64,000 bases of DNA from Vicugna vicugna. Lineage: Eukaryota. The first letter of the stretch is position 1, and each line of letters begins with the position of its first letter. This document shows, piece by piece, positions 1-10,590 of the stretch. The translations under genes were made by a program, and so were the position numbers. The stretch lies in assembly GCA_013265495.1 (NCBI GenBank), contig MU058065.1, positions 746,001 through 810,000 on the forward strand, read 5' to 3'. The notes beneath the pieces were generated by a model. The model did no database searches. It saw nothing but the letters and a program-made list of their open reading frames with translations, and was not told the DNA's origin.

Positions 1-757
1 GAGTTAGGGCTTTGCTCTGTATTAGGCTTTGGCTTAAGGGAATGTGGTGGCTGGTTTGATCTCCTCGCCAGACCACTCGGAGTTTCTTTACATCAGCAGT
101 AAGGTTCTTTCACTTTCTTATCATTCGTGTGCTCACTGGAGCAGTACTTTGAATTTCCTTCAAGAACTTTTCCTTTGCATTTACAACATGGCTAACTGTT
201 TGGCACAAGAAGTTTAGCTTTTGTCCTATCCTGATTTTGATATTCTTTCTGATTAAGCTTAATCATTCCTAGCTTCTGACTTAAAATGAGAGATATGGAC
301 TCTTCTCTTCACTCGAACACTTAAGAGGCCATGGTAGAATTATTAATTGGCTTAATTTAAATACTGATTTTTCTCGAAGAATAGAGAAGTCTGAGGACAG
401 GAGAGAGATGGGGAGTCAGTCAGTCAATGGAACAGTCCGAACACACACAACATTTATCAATTAAGTTTGCTGCCTTATTTGAGCACAGTTTATGGTGCCC
501 TAAAACAATTACAAAATATCAAAGGTCCCCAAACATGAAAAACCACTGATCACAGATCATATAACAAATACAATCATAATAATAAAATGTTGCAAGAATT
601 ACCAAAATGCAACCCAAAGACATGAGGTGAGCAAATGCTGGTGGAAAGTGGCACAAATGGATTATTCAAAGCTGAGTTGCCATAAATCTTAAATTAAAAA
701 AAAAAAAGCCCAATCTCTGTGAAGCACAATGAAGTGTGATAAAATGAGGTGTGCCTA
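1..757 (-). mobile_element. Tigger1-like (TcMar-Tigger) DNA transposon fragment, running off the window start
   Basis: Ends in AAAATGAGGTGTGCCTA followed by TA (758-759), resembling the reverse complement of the Tigger1 terminus CAGGCATACCTCGTTTT. Internal sequence (TTAGGCTTTGGCTTAAGGGAATGTGGTGGCTGGTTTGATC, ACCACTGATCACAGATCA) matches Tigger1 as recalled. Confidence 0.85.
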
Positions 758-1809
758 TACATTAAATTTATGCAGCACAAGCATATTCAGATAAACTAAT
801 TTGAGTGTAGATTTATATCACTGGTCCCAAAACATTCATTATTTTATCAATATTTAAAAGGCAAGTGGAGTGATATTTCATAGTGTTCTTTCATAATACA
901 ATGCCTCTTTGAATGGACAATGTTGCTAAACGTCAGTTTTAACCCAACACAAACCGCCATATCAGGAGTAATTTAGGTTACTACTTCTACTCCTAGAGCA
1001 GGAGAGAAGCATCATCTGTTGCTACCTACAAAGTGTTGTGTTTTCTTTGCAGAATTAACCGATTTTGTTCAGTGGGTTTAACTTTTCCTTGCTGTTCATC
1101 CTTTCAAAATATGGATCCGTATGCCATTTGAACAGGTATAATGCAATTACTATTTGAGGAAACAAACCTTTGAAATCTATACATTTTACCTGGGGAACAG
1201 AAGTCATAGACAAACACACTGGAGTTACATAAACTTTTTTCCAGAGGGCATGATGGTAAAATCTTGACGATGCTGTATGTAGATGATGCTGATGTTCTGT
1301 TGGCTTCTAACTCCATCTTTGCTCTAATTCCAGGTCTTATCCATGGTTGCTTATCATCTCAGATCTACCTATGTGGATGAATGTTGGCATCACATGAGTC
1401 AGAGAAGTATAATGAGCTGCCTATTTACTTCCTGATTACAAATTTTAAAATGACAGAGAGTCAAAGCATGTAAGGCTATCTCATTTTCCAATGGCAATTC
1501 TCATCTCATGTTGGCCCCATAGTCCCTCATAATGTTGGGTCTGTGAGCAGTTTGAGCACACTCCACAACGTGTGCAGTGCTTCCTCAGGCACCACAGAGA
1601 CTGCTAGAGGATAAAATACACATCCTGCCCTCAAAGGACTCATAATCTGTTGAAAAGATGAATAAAGCCCATGACCACTTAGGAACTAGGCAATGGTTTA
1701 GAGCTTCTTAAGAAGGGTTGCCTACAAAGAGACAGGGCATAGAGGATGGGTAGGCTCTGACTGCGGGGGAAAAGTGAAAAGAGAAGACAAGATGCACCAC
1801 CCATCAGAA

Positions 1810-2035
1810 GTGCTAATGCTTACTGAGTGCTGACTATGGGTCAGGCCCCATGCTTAATATTATTTAGTCCCAATAAAGCATACGTTATTATTAATAGCTT
1901 CATTTTATATGACAGGAGGCTCAGGTCTTGTGAGATTGAAGAACCTGCATGTTGAAGACATGGGGGAAGCCAGAGTTTAAACTCAACAACCAGATTCCAG
2001 AGATGGTATGCTTAACTACAAACCATGCTGCCATC
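1810..2035 (-). mobile_element. MIR SINE fragment
   Basis: Antisense MIR motifs: TTACTGAGTGCTGACTATG...CATTTTATATGACAGGAGGCTCAG...AGAGTTTAAACTCA...CAGATTCCAGAG...GCTTAACTAC. Confidence 0.7.
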
Positions 2036-2429
2036 ATGAGCCATGTTAGGGACAGGGTCAGCAATGACAGCTTGGATACTGTAACCCTTGAAGTGACTAG
2101 TTCTGAGTCTGGACAGTTTGCAAGTCAGGCTAAGAAGTTTAGTCTTACTGTGGTAATACAGAGGGTATCGCTGAAGATTTGAGATCAGAGGACCCATATG
2201 GCAGAGGCAGTATTTCAAGACTATTGGTTGGGCAAGAATGTAGAACATAGGCAGAGCCCTAATACTAGTTAGCATCCTATTGCAGGGAGAGGAGGAAGCC
2301 CTGAAGTGGCAGTGGGGAGCAGAAAGTGATTTCAAGGTACACATAGGTCTTCTTGCAAGGGAAACACAAAGGAGGACTGTACACTTCCAGATTCAAATCA
2401 GAAGCCAAAGTAGCGGTAGAGAATGGGTA

Positions 2430-2660
2430 CTAATAGCAATACTCAGTGTTTAGTGGACATTTGTCAAATGCCAGGTACCATGGCCAGTGCTTTTCATTCA
2501 TTATTCTGTGTGAAAACCCTGTGCAATATTGGGTCTATTTTTATAATGCTCACAGAGGAGGCTACAGAGTTTAAAGAGAGTAAGTAAATTAGCACCTAGT
2601 AGATAGGAGATCCAGGATTAAATCTAGATTATCCTGCTTCCGAAGTTTGCACTCTTGACC
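2430..2660 (-). mobile_element. MIR SINE fragment
   Basis: Antisense MIR-like text: TGCCAGGTACCATGGCCAGTGCTTT...CACAGAGGAGGCTACAGAG...CCAGGATTAAATCTAGAT. Confidence 0.6.
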
Positions 2661-4049
2661 TGGAAGGTACGGTCTCTGAAGTTCTTTGCCTGAAGTCAAC
2701 ATCTGAGAGAAGATTCTGGCCCCGGTTTTGCCTCACCTGAAATTCTTGGGATATTGGCAAGGCTCTTAAAGTCTCCCAGCCCCACATTTCTCCTTTAGGA
2801 AAGAGAATAAAATTTGCCTGCTTTCTTGTATGTTTGCTTTGTTTTAGGCGGCATGTGAGCCCTGAATTGTATGAATGTTGCTATAGAAAGTGAGAGGCTG
2901 CAGAAACAGGAATGAGACTGAATGCTTAATCAGCTAATTTTTACGATCTTGTCGTTGTTAATCTAGCCTGTTTTTTATTTCAAATTTAACAATGCTAGCG
3001 AATTCAGAGACATGAATGCAATCTTATTTATTTTTCAACTTAGTTTACAGTAGGCTGATGGACTTTACTGCATTATTGTTTAATAAAGTTGTACCTATTC
3101 TGAATGTAAAAATAATAGTGATTCAAATGATAATGTAACTGATTCAGCAGAAAAAACAACAAAAGAGTTTCTACTGGTTTTACTTTACCTGGAGGTGCAT
3201 ATCTGAAAGTTAAAATAAGCCTAGAGACAGGATAGAAGTTCATGTATATTAACCCTGCAGTCCCAAACCTGAGAAATCTGGGGGTAATATTAAATAGTGC
3301 CCATCGAATTATGTTATATTTGATAAATTGGAAGAATCCTGTAGTTCTTCTCCCTTAGTTTATGTATCCATATCTATACCTACGTCTGCATTTCTTAATA
3401 GGGGGTATATCTTATATCTGAAATTATCAAAAAAATGAGAAAATAAAAATATGTCCTCTTCTAGCCTTCAATCATTTTGATAGAGCATAGGTAGACATTG
3501 TAAAATGTGAATTATTAAAAATAATTCTGAGAGTCATTAGAAAAGACCTTCAAAATTAACTGCTCCTTATTGAATCAGCTGTACATTAAGAAATTGCAAA
3601 AATCTATTTTACAAAGATTTTAAGCTCTTCCGCTTTACTGTTTCAATTATGTCAGTGAGTTCAAACAACAGATTGTATAGAAGTCAAAATCAAGTCGTGA
3701 AGACATTTATTCTTACCAAACAATGTAGCTAATATTTGGGAAATATAGGAAGTCTCTAGATCCAGAAAAAGTAAAAGAGACAGAATGGGGAGCTACATTT
3801 ACAATAACAAAGGTGATAAGAGAAGCAGACATAAAGAAGAACCAGCAAAACAGACAGATAATCGTCAAGCCAAGTGGCGTCAATGGAATAAATTCCTGCC
3901 TTAGCAAATTGTACAAATAATATTCTTTAAAATGTTATGCAATGGTTAGAACAAAGAATCATAAAAGAAACAGACATAAAGGAAAAAACAGCAAACATGG
4001 GGGAGAGGAGTTGCGAAGTGTAATCAAATGAGCCATTAATGTATAAATC

Positions 4050-4640
4050 AACACCAAAAACAGCCACGAATCTGAGGACGGGGACTCTCGTGATGGATGA
4101 GGTATTGTTTTCGATGGGGTAACAGGCACTTTCTATCTGATAAGGTGGCATTATGGCAGAGACGGGAATGAAGGGAGGAAGTGAGAAGTGTTGATTTCCG
4201 AGAAAGAACATGTGCTGAGGGAAGAGCAAGTTCAGCATTCCTGAGTCGGGGTTTCCTTCTGCCTGGTGTTTTCAAGCAGCAAGTCGAAGCCCCAGGGTCT
4301 GTTGTGGAGGAAGTGAGGAGAGGTGTAGGGGGTGAGATCAGAGATGGGATTGAGGGTAGATGCTGGGAGGTGACAGTGGGACATTTCATTTTACTCTTAT
4401 GAAGTGGAAAACAGCTGGAGGGCTTTTACGAGAGAAGACACGTTACTGGAAGTAGGTTTTAATAGAATTAACCTAGTTCTAATGCAGAGAATAAAACTTG
4501 GGCCTGAGGGCAAAAGCCGGGAGAGCGATCAGGAAGCTAATGAAGTTGACCAGACAGAGATGATGGTGATGAGGCTGGGATGGTAGTGGCAGAGGTGGTG
4601 AGACGTGGGTAGATTAGGATTTACATTTGAAAGAGGAAGG
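4050..4640 (-). mobile_element. L2 LINE fragment
   Basis: Purine-rich antisense L2 3'-region text, e.g. GAGATGATGGTGATGAGGCTGGGATGGTAGTGGCAGAGGTGGTGAGACGTGGGTAGATT. Confidence 0.7.
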
Positions 4641-4654
4641 GCCAAGTTTGGCCG

Positions 4655-4810
4655 TTGATTATCTGTCTCCTGGACTGGACTGTTCAGCCCATGAGAGCAC
4701 AGATTTTTGTTTTGTTCACTGCTGAATCAAAAGTACCTAGACTAGTGCCTGGTATAAAGTAGATGTTCAATAAATATATATAAGAATTGAATTCATGATG
4801 GATGTAAATG
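4655..4810 (+). mobile_element. L2 (L2a-like) 3' end
   Basis: TTATCTGTCTCC...CCATGAGAGCACAGATTTTTGTTTTGTTCACTGCTG...CCTAGACTAGTGCCTGGTATAAAGTAGATGTTCAATAAAT resembles the typical L2 3' terminus. Confidence 0.75.
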
Positions 4811-5844
4811 AGTCATAAGTTATATCACTGTTATTAATTCATAGTCAGAAAACTAACTCAGCCCTTGTTGCTTGTGTAGTTTATAAGTGGAAGCTACCTT
4901 TTCTTATTGCTAGCCTTACCTTAACATCAGAGTAACTTCACCAATTCTTTTGCTTAAAAGAATAGTTAGCAATCTCGATATTATCAAATAAACTATACAG
5001 TATTCTGAACGGTATATATACATGTTTATATACAAACACATTGTTTTTCTCACTCACAAGGGACACACAGGTATAATTTACCAGCAAACCCATATTAGTG
5101 ACAATAGCTTCTTACTAATAGCGCTCAGCACAGTTTCCTATTCTTATTCATATTGAATTGAGATCTTGCCCTTTGATTTCCCAGCTGCTGATTCTTCTGC
5201 TATTTTTGCATACTTGGATGCAGGTCTTGGACTGATTTGTCTTGTAATGGTGCAAAGACGATCTGTCTGTAGATCAACAGTTACTTAAATGTCAGTCATT
5301 TATAGAGATATTTTTCTGTTCCAACTGCAGTTTCTCATAATTGTTATGTTTTGTTTTAACCATCGCTTGACATTTTGAAGAATATTTATTATTTTTACAA
5401 CATGTCAGGGTAGGGATTTATTCAGTGGAAGTTCATGGTTTACGAATATTTGTCTCTACATCTTGGTTCACCTCTTGATTCATAGATAAGAGGCATTTTA
5501 AAGACATTGGCATAATTTAGGTGAAGAAAAAAACACTAAGAATTATCTGGAAGTCTTGTTTCCTGTTTCCCTGAAGCCTCTGATTTATAATTTGTCTCGG
5601 TTTCTAATATCTACAGCTTCCTCATTATCTGTAGCTCCATTGGCTGCTGTTGGCTTATGGCTATGCTTGACTTTTATTTGGCATTTTGTTTCATACCTGC
5701 CTGTACGAAAGTTGGAGGTATATCCTTGAAAGATTTTTTTTTTGAATTAGAGGCATAATGATTAGGAAAACTTAATGAAAGCATTCTATTTTTCTCTAAT
5801 TTAAGATTAAGTCACACTAGTTTTGGCCAATTTTTTTTCCATCA

Positions 5845-6012
5845 AGAGCTGGATAATATTATCTGGGGTTTGAGGGCCATACGGTTGCCATCAAAACTAG
5901 TAAACTTTGCGATTCTAGCAGGAAAGCAGACAGGGCAGTTTGGAAATGAGTGATGTGACTGTTCCAATAGGAGGACCAGGTTTGGGCCAGAGCCGTGGAT
6001 TGCTGATCCATG
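5845..6012 (+). mobile_element. MER58-like (hAT-Charlie) DNA transposon relic
   Basis: GGGCCATACGGTTGCCATCAAAACT...GAAAGCAGACAG...GTGACTGTTCCAATA...GGGCCAGAGCCGTGGATTGCTGATCC resembles MER58A as recalled. Confidence 0.55.
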
Positions 6013-6939
6013 AGTTACAGTTATGGTAACAGGTTAGAAAAAAAACTTTGATATAGGTATTTGCATTTATTTAAATCATATTCTGTATTGTGAAATATGT
6101 TTTTATAGTCCAGACTTCACAGTTTCAACAAGTCTTTTCAATGAATAACTTGATAAGAAACTTGTGATTATTTCCTTGACTCAATTAATCTCACATGACA
6201 TGTGGAAAACCTTTCAGATTTGAAGGTTATAAGCACGTTATGACTGCACACCAGGTGGCAAACAGTATCCTGATAGAGATAAAACCCTCAAGAGGAAATC
6301 ATCCATCCTTGGGGTACTGACCCTTCCTTGCAAGTCCAAGCGGTAAAAATCACCAGGCATCTTGAAAGATATCAGCAAGCTGAGCTTCTGTTTCACTTAG
6401 GCTTCTTTTGTGTCAGGGCTTTCCTAGCCACTGACTTGGAACATCTCAGGAAGGACATAACTAACGCTGAAAACAGTCCCTACCACTCTTCTGGATTTTT
6501 GTTTGTTCGTTATATTTCTTCCCATTTCCTAGGAGACCAGTTGCCCCGTAGATCTTTCCTTTCAAACTTGGCCTTCCTTCATATTTGGAAATCTTATTAT
6601 TAAGAAAACACTTGTCAGCACTGTTTTTGAGCTAATTTACACATGTTGTAGTTCCTCTAACGCTGAAAACATCCAAACTTGTATTATTGATGTAAAGTAG
6701 AAATCCTCTCTTGACTTTGCCCAAAGCAGAACTAGGCAAGTCAAATAAGAGAAAAAAAAAAGAAGCTTTAGAGGGTGCGGTATAGACAAGAGAAGATACT
6801 TACCCCCGAAGGTTTAAGGGCAAGGATGGTTAGCCATGGAGAGGTTAGAGCTTCATGCAAGTTCTGCACACAGCTCAAGTATCTTTCTACCCCTTCGGAC
6901 TCATCTCTTCTGGTACAATGACTGCTACTCATTTTGTAA

Positions 6940-7460
6940 GAGCTACCGCTAATTGAAGCCACATCGTGGTCAGATCAGAAATAAGCCAGGCAGGCATCCC
7001 TACTGGAAATGTACCAGCAGGACAATCCCTTTGTTCTCCTTAAACGTGAGCTAATTCAAGAAAGGCGCTGCCTCCAGATCATTATTCATTAATGTACGCA
7101 ACATCCCCTCTGCCCCATTCCTTCCTCTTTCTCCCTTCACCCTTCACTATAATTTTCCTGTGGAGGAATAAAAGAAAACCATTTCTCCTGTAAACTGCAT
7201 AATTGGGTTTAATACGCAGACTTGCCATTTCTAGGCATGGACGTTTTCTGCATTAATGGGAGTTATTCGCGCAGCATTTAGAGATCACCTGTGGATAGGC
7301 TTGTTAATTAACAGAGTTAGAGCCCTATTTCATTCCATTTAAACCAGAGTAATTGAAATCAGGGTAATCACCGCCGCAGTATTCGGTACTTTCATCCCTT
7401 CTCGAGGTTATTTTAGCAATTATGCTCTTGGCTGAGCATCTTAGTAAATGCTAAGATTAC
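6940..7460. promoter_or_regulatory. Candidate conserved non-coding element / enhancer
   Basis: Non-repetitive block with retained CpGs and dense homeodomain-type cores (GCTAATTG, GCTAATTC, CATAATTGG, GCATTAATGG, GTTAATTAAC, GTAATTGA). Function is inferred only. Confidence 0.35.
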
Positions 7461-9279
7461 TTCCTGTACAGTCTGACTTTTCTCAATCCTATGTCCTATG
7501 GCATATCTGTTTCATTATTACATTAGTTGAAAAAGCTAAAAAAAATCTAGTCTAGTCTTTGAAAGAAACTATTAAACCTAATCTAATCTACCAGTTTTCC
7601 AGGAAAAAAGAAATTAGATAATTAGGCTAAACTTAATCCCAAAATAGATCGTGTGCTGCCTTGTAAGGACTGAAAGAAAGGAAATGTAGAAGCTATCAAG
7701 TTCAGTATTCGTTAGATGTTAACACATCTTCTGAGATTCCTGAGTATCTCTTATTCTACGATACACACTTATGATACAAGGCATTTTCGATTTACTTTTT
7801 TCATATCTGAAAAGAAACATAAATATCCTCAGTTTTATCCGATGGAAGGAACTGAACTACTTCAACTTACAACCAAAAAAAAAAAAAAGCTACCTGAAAT
7901 TACTTTTTAGAACTGAATTAAATTCTTACAATCTTCTACACTTCCCACTGCTGCTCGGTAACAAACATCCTCCTTACTCTTTTGCATTATTCTAGGAAAT
8001 CCAATCTGTTATTATGATGATTCTGTACCATTGACTTAGCGAAAAATATTTTCTTTCATCCAAAGTGACTTTGCATAGGAGCACAATGACATTTTCCCCA
8101 ACTGAATCCATTTTCCTCATTAAAATTAAGACCAACATAATATTTCCTTGCAATGGTAGATTAATATTAGGAACTTATGATGTTTGCATGGTAATTCACC
8201 TTTACACCTTGAGTCTCTTCCCATTTATGCTTGGCACAATTCCTACAACTAATATTTACTGATGTTTTCTATGTGCTTATCTACGTAGACCTCGTCTCTG
8301 AAGACAGGTGTCACCAGCAATGTATTTATTTAGTGAATGGTTTTGCCACCTGAACATATTCAGTCTCACAGTTTTATCATAAGACAGGTATATGCCTCAT
8401 GTTGCCAAGTGTGTTTAAGGGATAAAAGGATATTGGGATATTGTGTACTTAGCTCTTTAAAATGGCGATGTGCACGTGTGTGTGTTCAGTGTTGTTGTTT
8501 GAATTGTCTTTTCGTGAGGAGCATTGCAAAGCTACTGCGAATATAATCATCTTCAGATGCTCACATATCCTGGCTGATGGTATTTGAAGAAAATGCTGAC
8601 ATTTACATACATATTGGAACATTTTCCAATGGATTAGTACACCTTATCATTTCTACATGCATTTTCTACCTCTATTTAAGCAAATTTTCCCTTGGGAAAT
8701 TATTCAAGTCTCTGCTTTCTAGTTAAAATTGCCTTTGTCAAAAGTTAAGAGCATCCTTTTGAATCAGCTCAAGTCTGTGAATGACTTAAATGAACACATC
8801 AGCGAGAGACAGAAAGAGAAAAAGAGAGAGAGAAACCTTTGGTATTGATGATAATTTAAATTCACTGTGTTTCTCAGTATAAATAAATTAAAATTAACCA
8901 TCAGAAATAAGACATCCTCGGCATCGTCTGTGCTAGTCCACACAGAAATGCTCAGCAATAAGCTACTTCAGCAGTTCTAGCTCATCCTGCCTCGCAAATT
9001 TACCCAAACACATTTCTGTTTCATAGTCTATCCTGATTTGGTAATATGCAATTAGAGAAAATGACCATTTTAATATAGAACAATTTTCTTGTAAATTATA
9101 CAGTAAAAATATTTGAAACATATTAAAATCAAATGGATTTAGAATGATTATAGTTATGAATTACTGTAATTTGGTCTTGCACAGCTAATTCCAAAGACTG
9201 CACAGCCGTTTAGCAATTTCCATTCTCTAAATTTCTCCTAATGGGATTTAAGGAAAAGAGTGAAGTCATCATCTTTTCC

Positions 9280-9937
9280 TCAAGCCTTCTCCTTCCTCTT
9301 GTATATTCTATTTCAATAAATGAGCCGCCACCCTTAGAGCCCCGGTTAGGGAAACCCAGGAATCACCCCAGCCTCTTTCCTCATCACTTCATCACCCATG
9401 GCCATGGAATCCTGTCCTTTATAGATGTCCGAGTGCATCAGTCCAGTGCCACCCATTTCCTCTGCCATCTGATCTTCACTAAGAACCTCCCTACTCACTA
9501 ATCTCTGAGTCTCCTTGAGTCCACTAATCAGTTCATGCTCAGCACAGCTGCCACAATGGTCTTTCTAAAATGAAAATCCAACAATGTCAGATTTATGCTT
9601 AAAACCCTTCTCTGGATAAAATAAAAATGTTATTCAGTGTCATACAAATCCCTGGGATGGGTACACAAAGTCTTTTGTGGCAGAGCAGTCCCCGATCAGC
9701 GTCTCCAGCCTCATCTCACACCACCATGTCAGGTGCGTCTTATCCCCCAACCACACTAAATCCACGCTGCTCCAAGCATGTCGGAGTCTCAAATCAGTCT
9801 GCTCTTGCAAATGCCTTTCCTCTGCCTGAGAAGAAGAGGAAAGAGTGGAGAATATTCTTCACCGCTTTTTTTTCCTCTTGTGTTTTTCCTTGTCCTTCAT
9901 GGTTTAGGTCTATTATAACCCCTTCCACAAAGCCTTC
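9280..9937 (+). mobile_element. L2 LINE fragment, interrupted by an LTR and resuming at ~10286-10490
   Basis: CACAGCTGCCACAATGGTCTTTCTAAAATGAAAATC...GCTTAAAACCCTTC...CTCCAGCCTCATCTC...AAAGCCTTC resembles sense L2 3' region. Confidence 0.7.
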
Positions 9938-10210
9938 TGTTAAAGAAAAGACATTCTAACACGTGCCGCAATGGTAAAGAAGGCTTTATTCAAGACTGTT
10001 GTGATAGCGGTATTGCAATCGGCGAGCCATCAGGCTCAATCCTGACTACCACGAGGACAAGCACGGGTTTATAGCTAATGAGCAGGATGAGGGGGTCAGT
10101 GGATGGACAGTTACGAAGATGGGACGCCAAGGGTAGAGGGACTTTTGCTAAACTGACCTAATAGGACTCTTGCTAAAGACAGGCCAAGGACTTAGGCATC
10201 CAATGTGGGA
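9938..10210 (-). mobile_element. ERV1 solo LTR fragment (MER31-like), 5'-truncated
   Basis: Starts TGTTAAAGAAAA with TTTATT (antisense polyA signal), then GGGTCAGTGGATGGA...TTGCTAAACTGACCTAATAGGACTCTTGCTAAAGACAGGCCA, resembling MER31-family LTRs. Confidence 0.6.
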
Positions 10211-10220
10211 CGCGTCTTCA

Positions 10221-10590
10221 ATTTTCTCCCTCTTCCTCCAGAGACCCCTTTGTTCTTCATAAAGTATTCTAATATGTAGGACAACTCTGACTCTTCTGCA
10301 GCACACTCGGTATCTACGTAAGTCACTAGCCACATTGCGTCGTATTTTGAGTGTTCACCTTTCCCTTCTTCTAGTGCGAGAGTTCTCCGAGCGGAAGCAC
10401 TCTTTCTCTAACCCGGGTAGTCTGGTATCTTGCACATTGCTGTCACCTAGATGTTCAACAATGTTTGTTTCCTAAGAGCTGTGAATTGAAGGGAAAATTT
10501 CAAAGTATCATCTGTCTACATATTTTCTCTTTTATTTTCTCCCTTTTCTTCCAGAGACCCCTTTGTTCTTAGTATTTTGATACGTAGAAT
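10221..10590 (+). repeat. Dispersed imperfect direct repeat (~55 bp) at 10221-~10280 and 10534-~10590
   Basis: ATTTTCTCCCTCTTCCTCCAGAGACCCCTTTGTTCTT versus ATTTTCTCCCTTTTCTTCCAGAGACCCCTTTGTTCTT, followed by similar AGTATTYTRATAYGTAG tails. Confidence 0.85.

Noticed and set aside
1104..1316. Minus ORF with CAG|GTAAAA donor at ~1190 as a coding exon
   Set aside because: No recognisable protein similarity, an upstream in-frame stop, and no partner exons I can link to it.
3713..3916. Hydrophobic minus-strand ORF ending at a GTAAGA donor (membrane protein exon)
   Set aside because: Hydrophobicity is explained by T-rich strand composition, the acceptor is weak, and there is no recognisable family.
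6768..6962. Minus ORF with strong GGG|GTAAGT donor at ~6802
   Set aside because: No convincing acceptor or recognisable peptide; isolated donors are common by chance.
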